Origin: an uncultured delta proteobacterium
Lineage (GTDB): Bacteria > Desulfobacterota > Desulfobacteria > Desulfobacterales > Desulfatirhabdiaceae
Assembly (NCBI GenBank): GCA_963789395.1
Contig: CAWBKP010000014.1
Coordinates: 1-64,000, forward strand
Reading direction: 5' to 3'
DNA length: 64,000 nt
This document shows, piece after piece, positions 53,885 to 64,000 of the stretch (its first letter is position 1; every line of letters starts with the position of its first letter). A program made the position numbers and the translations under genes. A model generated the notes under the pieces. The model worked only from the letters and a program-made list of their open reading frames with translations. It was not told where the DNA came from and searched no databases.

Positions 53885-55301
53885 TTATTGGACGTTCTGG
53901 ATTGATCCCAATACCGGGGCCTTCAGATGCGTTTCTATGTCACAAACTGTTTTCAACCGATGATCAAAATGCGCCATGATCAACGCAACGGCAATTCCCA
54001 GAAAAAATCCCGAGAACAGGCCTCCGACAATCAGCAGCAACCGGTTGGGTTTGATCGGCTTTAATGGCAATTCAGGGTTGTCGATAAGTGTCAGGGATGG
54101 CTTGACCTGATTGACGGACTGCGCCGTTCTGGCCTGTTCCAGTTGCAACCGCGATTGCATATAAAGCTCTTTTGTAATCTTGTATTCCTGCTTCAAATTT
54201 TCGTGAATGGCCTTTTCTCTGACTGTTGTCTGTATGCGTCCTTTAAGATCACGGATATTCTTTTCAAGTTGCTGTATCCTGGCGTCAATGTTTTCAGAAT
54301 TGATTTTTTGTGCTTTGATGGATCGTTTCGTTTCTTTTTTCAGAGAATCCACACCAAGACTCGATTCTTTTTCAGCCAGTTTTAATGGCTCTTGAGTTTC
54401 CCCCAATTGGGGTTTCATTTCATTCAACTGTTGATCAAGCTGTGACAGTCTGGATTTAAACACGGATATGGCATGTCCGGGCAGGCCCGTATCCGCCGGC
54501 ATAAGTGATCTTCCCTTTTTATTGATCTCCCGTTCAAGATATTCAATAGATACCCAAAGATCGGTCAATTCGGTTTGAAGCGCATCATGATATCGCAAAA
54601 ATTGAACCAACAGCGCATCGGGGGGGAACGACTGTTTTTCTTTAACGGATTCAATGCTCAGTATTTCAATTAAGGCAAGGGCTTGTCTGGTTTCAAAGTC
54701 ACTAAGCTTGTTTTCTTTGTCAATCATATCTTTGTGGCGTTTTTGGGTTTGCTCCTGAAAAAAAGAAACAGCGGAATCTGATTTAATATTAGATAGTTCC
54801 TGATAAACATCCAGATAACTCCGCGTAACGGCTGCGGCCATTTGAGCTGCCGCACAGGGCTTTCATCCCTATATTCCAGAACGAAAAAATTGGTACTTTC
54901 AAAATTTTCTACCTCTGGCAGGATTACATCCAGATTTTCCCGAAGCGCATCGATCTGTCTGCCGGAGACTGGCAGCGGGATTGCCGGCGTCAATTGCTGG
55001 AAAGCTTTTGTCAATACCCGGCTGGATAGAATCAGCTCTCTTTGATCCTGAAATACACGTCGTATCCGGTTCCGATAATCGAATGAATATTCCTGCTGCA
55101 AGGGATTCAGGCTGCCGGATCGGTCCATGAGAATTTGGCGATAGCGCAATAAACGGACGGGACCATCATGGCAATGGCTGTTGAAATCAATGAAACGGCC
55201 AGAAACACCATAACAATCAATTGCATCCGATCAAACACAACAAACACAAATCTTCGAAATGTGTCCCGCATGACTGCTCTCATCCTATGGGGTTGGACCA
55301 T
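53885..55301 (-). CDS. Wzz/GumC-family polysaccharide co-polymerase; frameshifted
   Basis: N-terminal TM followed by PSVY, coiled coils, IDNPELPLKPIKPN plus a TM, DIETHLKAPVLGSI; ORFs 55107-55301, 54724-55149 and 53885-54841. Confidence 0.8.
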
Positions 55302-55863
55302 TGATATGGTAATTCACAGAAAAATCGTCACTGGCAGCATCGAATATATTTCCTAACATCATCTATCCCCTTCTGTCTTCCGCAGCCATGATCGTGTCAG
55401 AGGATATGGGAAATTAGGATCCGATGACATATCAAAAATCCCGATTGTTTCTATCTCATCCAGGACATGGGTTTTGGTCGGATAAGCATAGAAAAAAAGA
55501 TTCTTCTTTTTTCTATAGGCAAAACAGGGTTAAATATTCAAGATATATTTTTGTTAGTGATCCCAAGACGCTGATTCCGAACCCGCAGACATGGGATAGC
55601 GTAAGATTCTGGCGCTCTCGCTTGATCGGCTGTCAGTAAAGAAGGGGACAGCTTATCAGCTGAGCCTATTTAAAAGCTGATATCGATGTGAAAAGTGTTG
55701 ACTGCAGAAGGTTCAGGGGATTCAACTTATAGAGGAAGACAGGGCTGCCATATGGGCTGTATTTGAAGCAGATGAAATCGCCCGGCTTTTTACAACATAA
55801 TGCCGGGCAATTCGAAGGACGGAAAGTTTCAGCGTGTTATTAAGTGCAGTCGTGCGCAGCTGG

Positions 55864-56466
55864 TTATTTGGATTTGCCTTTTGCAGGGGAAACCGCCGCT
55901 GCACTCGGTTCATTTTCCATGTTGCGGCCCTGCATCATGGGGCAGTCCATCATGCCCTTGCCATGTCTCATCCCTTTCATTTGCATCATCTCGGACAGTT
56001 TCTTTTTTTGCTCAGGCGTCAACTTGGTTTTCACATCCTCGATTCCTTGAATATGCATCATGGCAGCTTCTGTTTTTAAGGATGCAATCTGCTTGACCTT
56101 GGTCTCAGCAGCCTTGACATCAACCGAATCTTTCTCCAGAATTTCTTTCAATTCAATCTCAGCCACACCGATATCGGCTCGTTTTTTTATCATTTCTTTC
56201 TGAAGTTGCTGTAAAATCGACTTCACTTCCGTCGACTGATTCTCATCAAGACCCAGTGCACTGATAACATGCATGGCATGGGCACCATCCCACATTCCCA
56301 TGCCAACGCCGCCACCCATACCCATGCCGGACCCCATGCCACATTTACCATTCAAGCCCATCCCCGGACCCATTCCCTTGCCTTTGGCCATTTGAGCTCC
56401 GGCACCAGCCACAAGCAATCCGGAAATAAAACATATTGTAATTATTGCAATTCCAGTTCTTTTCAT
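55864..56466 (-). CDS. Spy/CpxP/ZraP-family periplasmic protein, Met/Gly-rich
   Basis: Signal peptide, GMG repeats, LGLDENQ and LTPEQ (LTxxQ) motifs. Confidence 0.85.
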   Translation of the reverse strand: MKRTGIAIITICFISGLLVAGAGAQMAKGKGMGPGMGLNGKCGMGSGMGMGGGVGMGMWDGAHAMHVISALGLDENQSTEVKSILQQLQKEMIKKRADIGVAEIELKEILEKDSVDVKAAETKVKQIASLKTEAAMMHIQGIEDVKTKLTPEQKKKLSEMMQMKGMRHGKGMMDCPMMQGRNMENEPSAAAVSPAKGKSK

Positions 56467-56530
56467 CAGGTGCTCCCTTTTTTGTAGATTGATAATAACT
56501 CTCTCGGATATTTAGGATGACAACAGAGAA

Positions 56531-56546
56531 AGCAATTCATATGCCA
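56531..56546 (-). promoter_or_regulatory. Sigma-54 promoter of the Spy/ZraP-like gene
   Basis: TGGCATA-TGAA-TTGCT about 65 nt upstream of the ATG. Confidence 0.75.
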
Positions 56547-56717
56547 ATAAGCTACAGACATAAAAACCGATGACCCCATTGTATCTTTGTTTAAGATAAT
56601 ACACCCGCAACGTCTTGTTAGGTCTATTGCGGCGAAAAATATCATCTGCGATGTTTGCGACGATATTGGGTTGCAGACCCCATCAAGAATATGGGCAGTT
56701 CATATCCATGTGGATAT

Positions 56718-57653
56718 TTAATATCCATCTGCATGTCCATGTTTTCCGGCAATACCTACCCAGCCGTCTTTTGACAGAACATCAATAATCCGGAATCCGG
56801 TTGCTTTCATTTTGTCGACAACCTTATCCTGGTTGGCCTCAATGATCCCTGAACATATCAACATCCCACCCGGCAATAACACGTGTTGGATGTCATTCAA
56901 CAGCAACAATATAACTTCCGTTAAAATATTTGCCGAAATCAGCTGAAACCTTTCAGTCACAACATCCACCAGATTCCCGGATTTTACACAAAACCTGTCT
57001 GCGTCAATCTGGTTTAATAGAAGATTTTGTCTGGCAATTTCGCAGGCCACGCTGTCCGAGTCGGTTCCGAACAGTCTTGACGCGCCCAGCTTTGCCGCAA
57101 CTGCCATTAAAATGCCCGAACCTGTCCCCACGTCCAGAAACGCATCTCCTGGCTTCAGATATTCCTGAATCATCCGAACGCAGAGTGCGGTTGTGGGATG
57201 GGTGCCTGTACCAAAAGCCATCCCCGGATCGATCTCTATGACGATTTCACCTTCAGCCGGCGTGTATTCCCGCCAGGTGGGTTTAACCACCAGAATATCC
57301 GTCAGCTTTTCCGGCCAGAAATAGGCTTTCCAGGACTCCGCCCAATCCTCTTCATCCACCTCACTATAAAGAATATGAAAGGAAATGCCCTGATTTTGAT
57401 TGAGATCCGTCAGTCCCTGTTCCAATTTCAGGCGGTTTGATGCCAGCAACTCGTTTTGAGGGAAATAACCGGTTACGCTATGATGTTCTGGCTTTGGCAA
57501 GGCGTCCTCCCCCCAGCCTTCGGGGGGATCAAGATCCGGATCTTCCACCACGACCCCGGACAGGCCAATATCTTCAAACAAGCTTGCGATCAGGTCCACA
57601 GCCCGATCGGCTGGCACTGCATCCACGATGACCTTTGCGGCAATCCACTTCAT
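56718..57653 (-). CDS. prmA: Ribosomal protein L11 methyltransferase
   Basis: EEDWAESWK, IDPGMAFGTGTHPTT, LDVGTGSGIL, ANIL. Confidence 0.96.
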   Translation of the reverse strand: MKWIAAKVIVDAVPADRAVDLIASLFEDIGLSGVVVEDPDLDPPEGWGEDALPKPEHHSVTGYFPQNELLASNRLKLEQGLTDLNQNQGISFHILYSEVDEEDWAESWKAYFWPEKLTDILVVKPTWREYTPAEGEIVIEIDPGMAFGTGTHPTTALCVRMIQEYLKPGDAFLDVGTGSGILMAVAAKLGASRLFGTDSDSVACEIARQNLLLNQIDADRFCVKSGNLVDVVTERFQLISANILTEVILLLLNDIQHVLLPGGMLICSGIIEANQDKVVDKMKATGFRIIDVLSKDGWVGIAGKHGHADGY

Positions 57654-59020
57654 TAGGCAATCCCTTGATGGTAAAATCGTTCTTTGGGAGGATTGAAATA
57701 CCCATGGCAAACGCTGGGAAATTGTTCTCGGATCAATCTCAGGACGGTCTTCATTCCCAAGGGAGGACCGTGAACAGCCACCGTATGCATTGCCTCCAGG
57801 TATCGAACCGGATCGAAATTCAGGTTTCGCCACTGGATGAAGTGAAGCGGGTGCTTGCACAAAAAGCCCTTCAGCGCCTCGACTTCTTCGGGAGCATCCG
57901 TAAATCCCGGGCAGTTCAGGTAATTGATGGCCACATGCCGCTTGTGGCTGATGGCAAGATCGATGCTGGCTTCAACATCCTTGAATGCGTATCCTTTTGG
58001 CCGGAAATAGGCTTCATAACAACTGCTCCGGACACTGTTCATGCTGACGCGCATGCTGTCCATGCCCGCCTCGATGAGGGTGGAGAGGATTTCCGGCAGG
58101 CTGCCATTGGTGTTGATGTTGATGGTCCCTTCAAGGGTTTTGGAACGGATCAGACGAATAGCCGGTGCAATCACGTCCGCAGCCAGCAGGGGATCTCCTT
58201 CGCAACCCTGACCGAAGCTTACCACGGCAGACTTTACCCGACGGATATGGTAAAGGGCGATTTCGGCGATCTCATCAGGCGTGGGCGTGAAGGCAATGCG
58301 TTCCTGGCTGTTTGAAACGACTCCCTCCTGCTGAAGGGATAAGCACCCGAGGCACCCGGCATTACAGAAACGGGATGTGGGCAGCGGGGCTTCATACCTG
58401 CCCAGAAAAAAATTTTTGCCTGCCGGGCACCCGTAGGTCATGGCGCAATGCTCAAGATGCGCCCGAAGCCGGTTGGAGGGAATCTGTTTTCGAATCGCCT
58501 TTATCCCTTTTAGCACATCCTCGGTTTTCATAAACCGCAGATCCTGCCGGGGCTCATCGTCAACCAGGACAACAGCGGAGCGAAAATCACCTGCATGCCA
58601 ACCGACGGCGCCATAGGAAAAAAGCGGCAGAATCCGGGCGCCCGGCGCTTCCTGGTAGGCGCAGTTATGCGTTAACACATACCCAGGAGAATTGAATGCC
58701 GCTACCGGGAACAAAGGACTTCCGGGCTGATACGGGTTTTCCCGAAGCGCCTCGAGTTTTCCGGTTGTCAGATTGCGAACGATGGGCATGCGATCCGGCA
58801 GAAACATAAGCTCGCTCCCGTAAGGCAATCGCTGCGTCTGCCCGGCAGTCAACGGTGTCAACAATTCCCCGTCCATACCGACAGCCGCATATCCTTCAAG
58901 CTCAAAAATCTCTCCTGAAGCACCGGCAACAACGGCGGTCAACAGGCTTCGGTTTTTGTTCCGCGGATGACTTCCTTTGTGCTTCCGGGCAAAGCCGTCT
59001 TTTTTATTCCGATTTTTCAT
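57653..59020 (-). CDS. Uncharacterised radical SAM protein
   Basis: CNAGCLGC (CxxxCxxC), SFGQGCEGDP, NINTNG. Confidence 0.88.
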   Translation of the reverse strand: MKNRNKKDGFARKHKGSHPRNKNRSLLTAVVAGASGEIFELEGYAAVGMDGELLTPLTAGQTQRLPYGSELMFLPDRMPIVRNLTTGKLEALRENPYQPGSPLFPVAAFNSPGYVLTHNCAYQEAPGARILPLFSYGAVGWHAGDFRSAVVLVDDEPRQDLRFMKTEDVLKGIKAIRKQIPSNRLRAHLEHCAMTYGCPAGKNFFLGRYEAPLPTSRFCNAGCLGCLSLQQEGVVSNSQERIAFTPTPDEIAEIALYHIRRVKSAVVSFGQGCEGDPLLAADVIAPAIRLIRSKTLEGTININTNGSLPEILSTLIEAGMDSMRVSMNSVRSSCYEAYFRPKGYAFKDVEASIDLAISHKRHVAINYLNCPGFTDAPEEVEALKGFLCKHPLHFIQWRNLNFDPVRYLEAMHTVAVHGPPLGMKTVLRLIREQFPSVCHGYFNPPKERFYHQGIA

Positions 59021-59366
59021 GTTTTGAACATTTACACTTTAAACTGGATCGATTTACAGTTTTTTTTAACGCGATTCATCCCTGCGAATGCCGGAATCCG
59101 GCAAATCAGATATCCCCTTACGAAAAAGGTGACCAGCTGATTTCATGTTGATATGCCTCAGGCATCTGGACCGATTCCATTCAATCCGATTTTCATCCAA
59201 AAGACAAGTGCTATCCGATGAGTTGCCGGACTCTATCCCTTTTTATTCTCTCTTGAACTCCAGTTCGAAATTCATATATTATCAACACGGTTATGTTCGC
59301 CGGATCCGGACAACATGATGTGATGTTTCAGCATAGGTCGAAGTGTTGGTGAGTTATGTAACAGGC

Positions 59367-59403
59367 AAACGCCACCCAGACTCCGTGTCAGGTGGCGTTT
59401 TTT
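59367..59403 (+). terminator. Terminator-like hairpin in the 5' leader of trpG/pabA
   Basis: aaacgccacc...ggtggcgttt followed by a T run, 17 nt before the ATG. Confidence 0.6.
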
Positions 59404-59420
59404 AATGGCAAAGAGGAAAG

Positions 59421-60008
59421 ATGGCGTTGAAATTGCTTGTTCTCGATAATTACGATTCTTTTACCTACAATCTGGTTCAGATGTTTCGTATTTATCCCCT
59501 GGATATCGATGTGGTCAGAAGCGATCGGATTGAACCGGACGAAGTTGAAATTAGAAGGCCGGATTACATCCTGATCAGTCCCGGCCCCAGAGATCCGGCC
59601 CATGCCGGTGTTTCCATTCCCCTGATTCGCCGGTGGCATCGGCATATTCCCATTCTCGGCGTATGCCTGGGAATGCAGTGCATGAACGAGGCCTTCGAAG
59701 GCAAAACCGTTCGTGCTCCGGTCCCAGTTCACGGTAAAGTCAGCGGAATTGAACATGGCGGAGCGGGTATTTTCAAGGGATTGCCCTCTCCCTTTAACGC
59801 CGCCAGATACCATTCCCTGATGACCGTGCCTGCTGACGCCAGCCCCCTGGAAATTACCGCACAAAGCACCGATGGGGTCATCATGGGGCTGTCGCATTCA
59901 AAATATCCCCTCCACGGCGTTCAGTTTCATCCCGAAAGCTTCATGACCGAATGCGGGGCGCAGTTGGTTGCAAACTTCCTCAACATCGCACCCCTTTTCA
60001 GTGCCTGA
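59421..60008 (+). CDS. Anthranilate/aminodeoxychorismate synthase component II (TrpG/PabA glutamine amidotransferase)
   Basis: DNYDSFTYNL, ISPGP, LGVCLGMQ, RYHSL, GVQFHPES. Confidence 0.93.
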   Translation: MALKLLVLDNYDSFTYNLVQMFRIYPLDIDVVRSDRIEPDEVEIRRPDYILISPGPRDPAHAGVSIPLIRRWHRHIPILGVCLGMQCMNEAFEGKTVRAPVPVHGKVSGIEHGGAGIFKGLPSPFNAARYHSLMTVPADASPLEITAQSTDGVIMGLSHSKYPLHGVQFHPESFMTECGAQLVANFLNIAPLFSA

Positions 60009-60149
60009 AATTTTCCGGAACTAAAAAGTGACCCAGCAGGAACTATCCCTGTTGCGTTGAATTCGCTATCCTTATATTGCATTCGGGCTGTCTATATTGT
60101 ATGAAAAAAATGAATTCTAGACCATTCAGGGAGATTCATCACTACTGCC

Positions 60150-60956
60150 ATGGAATTTCAGATTTTGTCTCATCAAATGTTGCTGCGGATCATAGGTGGC
60201 ATCATGTCGGTGATATCCATGTCCGGCTGCGGAGATAAAAATCCCGCATCCTCCCAGCCCACCCCCCATCAGACTGCTCACATCATCACCATCGTGGCCC
60301 TGGGCGACAGCCTTACCGAGGGGTACGGGGTAGAAGAACACCAGGCTTATCCGGCCATTATTGAAGACAGGCTTCAAAAAGAGGGGGTTTCCTGCAAGGT
60401 CATCAACGCCGGCATCAGCGGCGAGACCAGCAGCGGACTGCTGTCCCGCATAAACCGGGTGCTCTTGCTGAAACCCGACATCGTCATTCTGTGCACCGGC
60501 GCCAATGACGGCCTTCAGGGCATGGATCTTCGCCTGATACAAAACAACATTTCCCGGATGGTTCGAATATTCAAGGAACACCAGGTCACGGTGGTTCTGG
60601 CAGGCATGAAAATGCTGGTCAATTATGGTCCGTCTTATACCGAGCCGTATGCCCGGCTGTATGCGGAAATTGCCGATCAGGAAAAAATTCTCTTTATCCC
60701 TTTCTTTCTGGAAGGCATTGCCGGAAATCCGGAACTCAACCTGGCGGACGGCATCCACCCCAATGCAAAAGGCTATCAGATCATTGCAGCATCGATTTAT
60801 CCGTATGTTTTAAAGGCCATCCATCAAAGACAGGGCCAGATAAAGCAAAGACGGGATCTATGGGCGCTGTCACAGAATCCGCGCCAGGACAATACAGTTT
60901 TTCTCATAGAGGATTTCATGCGGGCCGACCTCGGCCAAGACGTGTCTTTTTGGTGA
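60150..60956 (+). CDS. SGNH/GDSL arylesterase (TesA-like); the true end may be near 60843
   Basis: LGDSLTEGYG, NAGISGET, GANDG, DGIHPN. Confidence 0.9.
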   Translation: MEFQILSHQMLLRIIGGIMSVISMSGCGDKNPASSQPTPHQTAHIITIVALGDSLTEGYGVEEHQAYPAIIEDRLQKEGVSCKVINAGISGETSSGLLSRINRVLLLKPDIVILCTGANDGLQGMDLRLIQNNISRMVRIFKEHQVTVVLAGMKMLVNYGPSYTEPYARLYAEIADQEKILFIPFFLEGIAGNPELNLADGIHPNAKGYQIIAASIYPYVLKAIHQRQGQIKQRRDLWALSQNPRQDNTVFLIEDFMRADLGQDVSFW

Positions 60957-62420
60957 TCAGCAAATCCCCTGAAGCCGGTTGGCGCATTTGCACCAGTTTG
61001 TGGCTATAAAACATGAAACTGGGCAGGGTATGTCCCCACATCACCGCGCGTTCGGGAAGCCGGGAGGCAATCATGCGCCGCTTCGCCGGACCGGAGACTG
61101 CATCAACTCCCCGATGCGCGGCATCAGGGCCAGATTGATCAGAAGCAGATAGGCTACGGAAACCACGATGGCAGGCTTCAGTGATCCGGATTGCCTGACA
61201 AAGAAAAGAAGCAACACGGAAAAGGTCAGAAGACCGCAGAATAGATAATAGCCCGCACCAAAGAGCGATTGGCCGGCCCCCATCATGCAAGCTGCGAAAT
61301 CATCCCGGACATAACGGCATGACCGGCGAAATGGCCAGCGGAAGCATCAACAAATATCCCCAGAAAAGCGGCTGCCGGCACAAGATATGATCGCAGTCGC
61401 ACCAATCGTTCATAAACACCCCCATACAGAATGAAAAGCGGCGGAAATGCACTGAGAATATAATGGGGGAGCTTGGTGCTCCCGAAAGAGAACAGGATCA
61501 GCACAAACCCGACCCAGATGAAACAGAAACGATATACATCCTGCTTCAGAAGCGATTTGGCCTGGCGAATCAGGCCAAACAGCAGGCCGCAGTGGGGAAG
61601 CGTTCCGATAATGATCACGGGAAGATAATAGAGCAGGGATCCGGAATGTCCTTCAAATGTCCGGGAAAACCGTTCCAAATTGTGTTTTAGAAAGAAATCC
61701 TGTATAAATATCATGCCCTGATCCAGGTATTCCAGCACATACCAGGGAAGCGCTATGGCCATAAAGATCAGAATCGCCGGAAGGTTAAAAACCATCTTCA
61801 GCCAGAGTCGGAACTGTCTTTGCATCAGGCAATAAATCAGGCTGACACCAAACGGAATGACAACAGCTACCGGGCCTTTGGCCAGAAAACCAAGCCCTGC
61901 ATAAATGGCGGCGGTATAAATCCGGCGATTACTGGTTTTGCGTGTATTCATACAGATGAAAGAGGCATTGGGTCAGGAAAAGATTCAGGGCGGAATCAAC
62001 AATCGCGGCCTTGCCGGTAATGGTAACCTGGATGGCACTGATGAAAAACAAGGCCGACAGAAAGCCGCTTTGAAGCCCTATATGGCGACGGGTAAAGCTG
62101 AAAATCGCCAGCATCCACAGAAAGGTTGCCAGGGCGGACGGGAAGCGGGCTGCAAATTCATTCTGGCCGAAAATTCGGAAGCTGATCACCTGAAGCCAGT
62201 ATATGAGAATGGGTTTATCATATTGCGGTGCGCCATTGATATGAGCGGTGAGGTAGTTTCCGTTTTCAAGCATTTCCCGGCTGGCTTCCGCATAAAACCC
62301 TTCGTCCTCATCAAAAAGCGGAGCGGCCCCCAGCAGGGGAAAAAGGCTGAGAAAAGCAATGCCAATCAGTATCGCTATCCGATAATCAAAATTGGGAAAG
62401 CGGCGGGTAAGCCATTTCAT
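60870..62420 (-). CDS. ArnT/GT39-like membrane glycosyltransferase; several frameshifts
   Basis: LFDEDEGFYAE..REM, YDKPIL.YW, ARFPSA, LAKGPV, STKLPHYI. Confidence 0.82.
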
Positions 62421-62594
62421 GATCGTATCCTGTCGTTGAAGTCGCGAAATCCCAACTTAATGATAACGCTTTATGAACTGATCTGATGATCGTTCGGCAT
62501 CTAACCCCGATATCATATTTATTGCAAAGATAGAGAAAATTATCATGTTTCACACTGAAATGAAAGCCGTTTCCAAGCGGAGCGGAACTGGCCC

Positions 62595-63620
62595 ATGAAA
62601 ATGCGTAACCGGCACATTCAAAAATGGATTGCGGCGATATCACTTGCCATGGCCATCGGCGGCACAATCTGGTGGCATATTTCCCTGAATCCCCGCTTTT
62701 CCCCGGTGATCGAAAACCAGGTTTACCGCAGTGCCCAGCTCTCGACTTCCCGCCTGGATGCCGTCATTCAGGCTTATGGCATTCGTACCATCATTGCCTT
62801 GCTGGGACCTGAAAAAGGCGCCCTCTGGTATGAGAAAGAAAAGGCCGTCGCCGAACAGCCATCAGGTTCAGTTGCTGAATATCGGGTTTGGCTCCCATGA
62901 ACTTCCCCAGTCCAACCGATTGAATCAACTGGTGGATGCGCTGCTTACCGCCCCGCGTCCCATCCTGCTGCACTGCCACAGAGGGGCGGACCGAACCGGC
63001 ATGGCCAGTGCCATCGCCCTGATCCTCAATGGCGACCGCATCCCTTGAAACCATCAAAAAGCAGTTTTCCTGGCGGTTCGGCGTCATACCATATTCAGAT
63101 TCCATCGGCATCATCTTTTTCAATCAATACAGCCAATGGCTCAAAGCAACCGGCAGGCGCCACAGCCGGGACAATTTCCTGGACTGGATCCGCAACGACT
63201 ATGTGGATCCCAAGGGGAATATCGAGTATGACATCGACAGCATCAATGACAAAGGGCTTTGAATACAGCAGGTGGAAGGACAGGCGGGTGGCAACGGTTC
63301 AAAAAGGGGCAGCGCATTATATTATTCAGGGATGGGCAGTGGATCCCTGGAGACTGTCCCAGGTGGATTCACTCCAGATCGGCATCGGCAGGACTTTCCG
63401 GCAGGCTGTCTCTACCCCTGCACGAACCGATTTCCCGCCGATTTTAGGACTTTCCGGCTCATTGAATCTGCTGCTGCCTCTGGAATGGGAATGTAATTTT
63501 GATGATCAGGATCTGATACCCGGCTGCCATGATATCCAACTGTCGATTGGCGAACCCGGCGCTATCAAAACAGTGATCCATACCCGGATACAACTTTGCA
63601 TCGAAGACAGCGGCAAATAA
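62595..63620 (+). CDS. Membrane-anchored protein-tyrosine/dual-specificity phosphatase-like protein with a C-terminal domain; several frameshifts
   Basis: N-terminal TM, VYRSAQL, PILLHCHRGADRTG (CX5R). Confidence 0.72.
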
Positions 63621-63779
63621 AGCGCTATCTTGCCACGGTCTTAATTCACCAGTCGGTTTTCCTGGAGCCCGCATTCAGCAAACAATTTTCATTGGCCGCT
63701 AGAAGATCATACGGCGGATCAAATCCTATGCTTTCAGCAATTTTAGGGATGAAGGAGGTTGTGGGCGGAGAATCATCAC

Positions 63780-64000
63780 TCACGTATTTTTCTTCAGAAA
63801 GGAACACCCCATGTGGCGATACGCACTCTCTGCCGCGCGCCTGCCGGATGAGGTTCGGAGGATCATGCCGATTTTCAACAGATACGGTTCAACCACGTCC
63901 ACCAGGGTATCTGCCTCTTCCTGAAGGGTTGCGGCAATGGCTTCAATTCCGACCGGGCCACCGTCATAAAAATCAATGACGGTTTTCAGATAGCGCCGGT
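63780..64000 (-). CDS. ruvB: Holliday junction helicase RuvB, 3' end (partial)
   Basis: [53 protein letters not shown]. Confidence 0.9.
   Translation of the reverse strand, partial: RRYLKTVIDFYDGGPVGIEAIAATLQEEADTLVDVVEPYLLKIGMILRTSSGRRAAESAYRHMGCSFLKKNT

Noticed and set aside
57654..57860. Extended prmA N-terminus overlapping the radical SAM gene
   Set aside because: The true start is MKWI at 57653, coupled to the upstream stop codon

Overview
Bacterial chromosomal segment, most consistent with a sulfate-reducing Desulfobacterota (Desulfobacterales-like) genome: qrcABCD, System II cytochrome c maturation, two Lon proteases and efpL. The core content is murA, qrc, ccs, an M16 peptidase, lon-tsaB-M20-hisS-aspS, tig-clpP-clpX-lon, miaA, ycbB/ycbK, efpL, prmA, trpG/pabA, the 3' end of ruvB and five tRNAs (Asn, Pro, Leu, Val, Asp). 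Several essential genes carry single-base frameshifts; those examined closely lie in short homopolymers, which points to long-read assembly errors. Three accessory regions stand out. (1) 1-5.9 kb: a metalloprotease gene followed by a lipase-like/CHAT(caspase-like)/TPR gene, next to a decayed integron integrase and tandem dodecin-like genes. (2) After tRNA-Asn: a relic integrative element carrying three Hsp20 genes, transcribed divergently from an uncharacterised tandem ribbon-helix-helix protein and an atypical J-domain protein, with shared ATTACT boxes at both promoters. This is my best candidate for an undescribed stress-regulatory system. (3) An orphan Wzz/GumC + ExeA-SPOR + degenerate BY-kinase cluster. 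A 55-aa membrane protein gene missed by the ORF track closes the qrc operon. All family calls come from motif recognition only; no searches were run.
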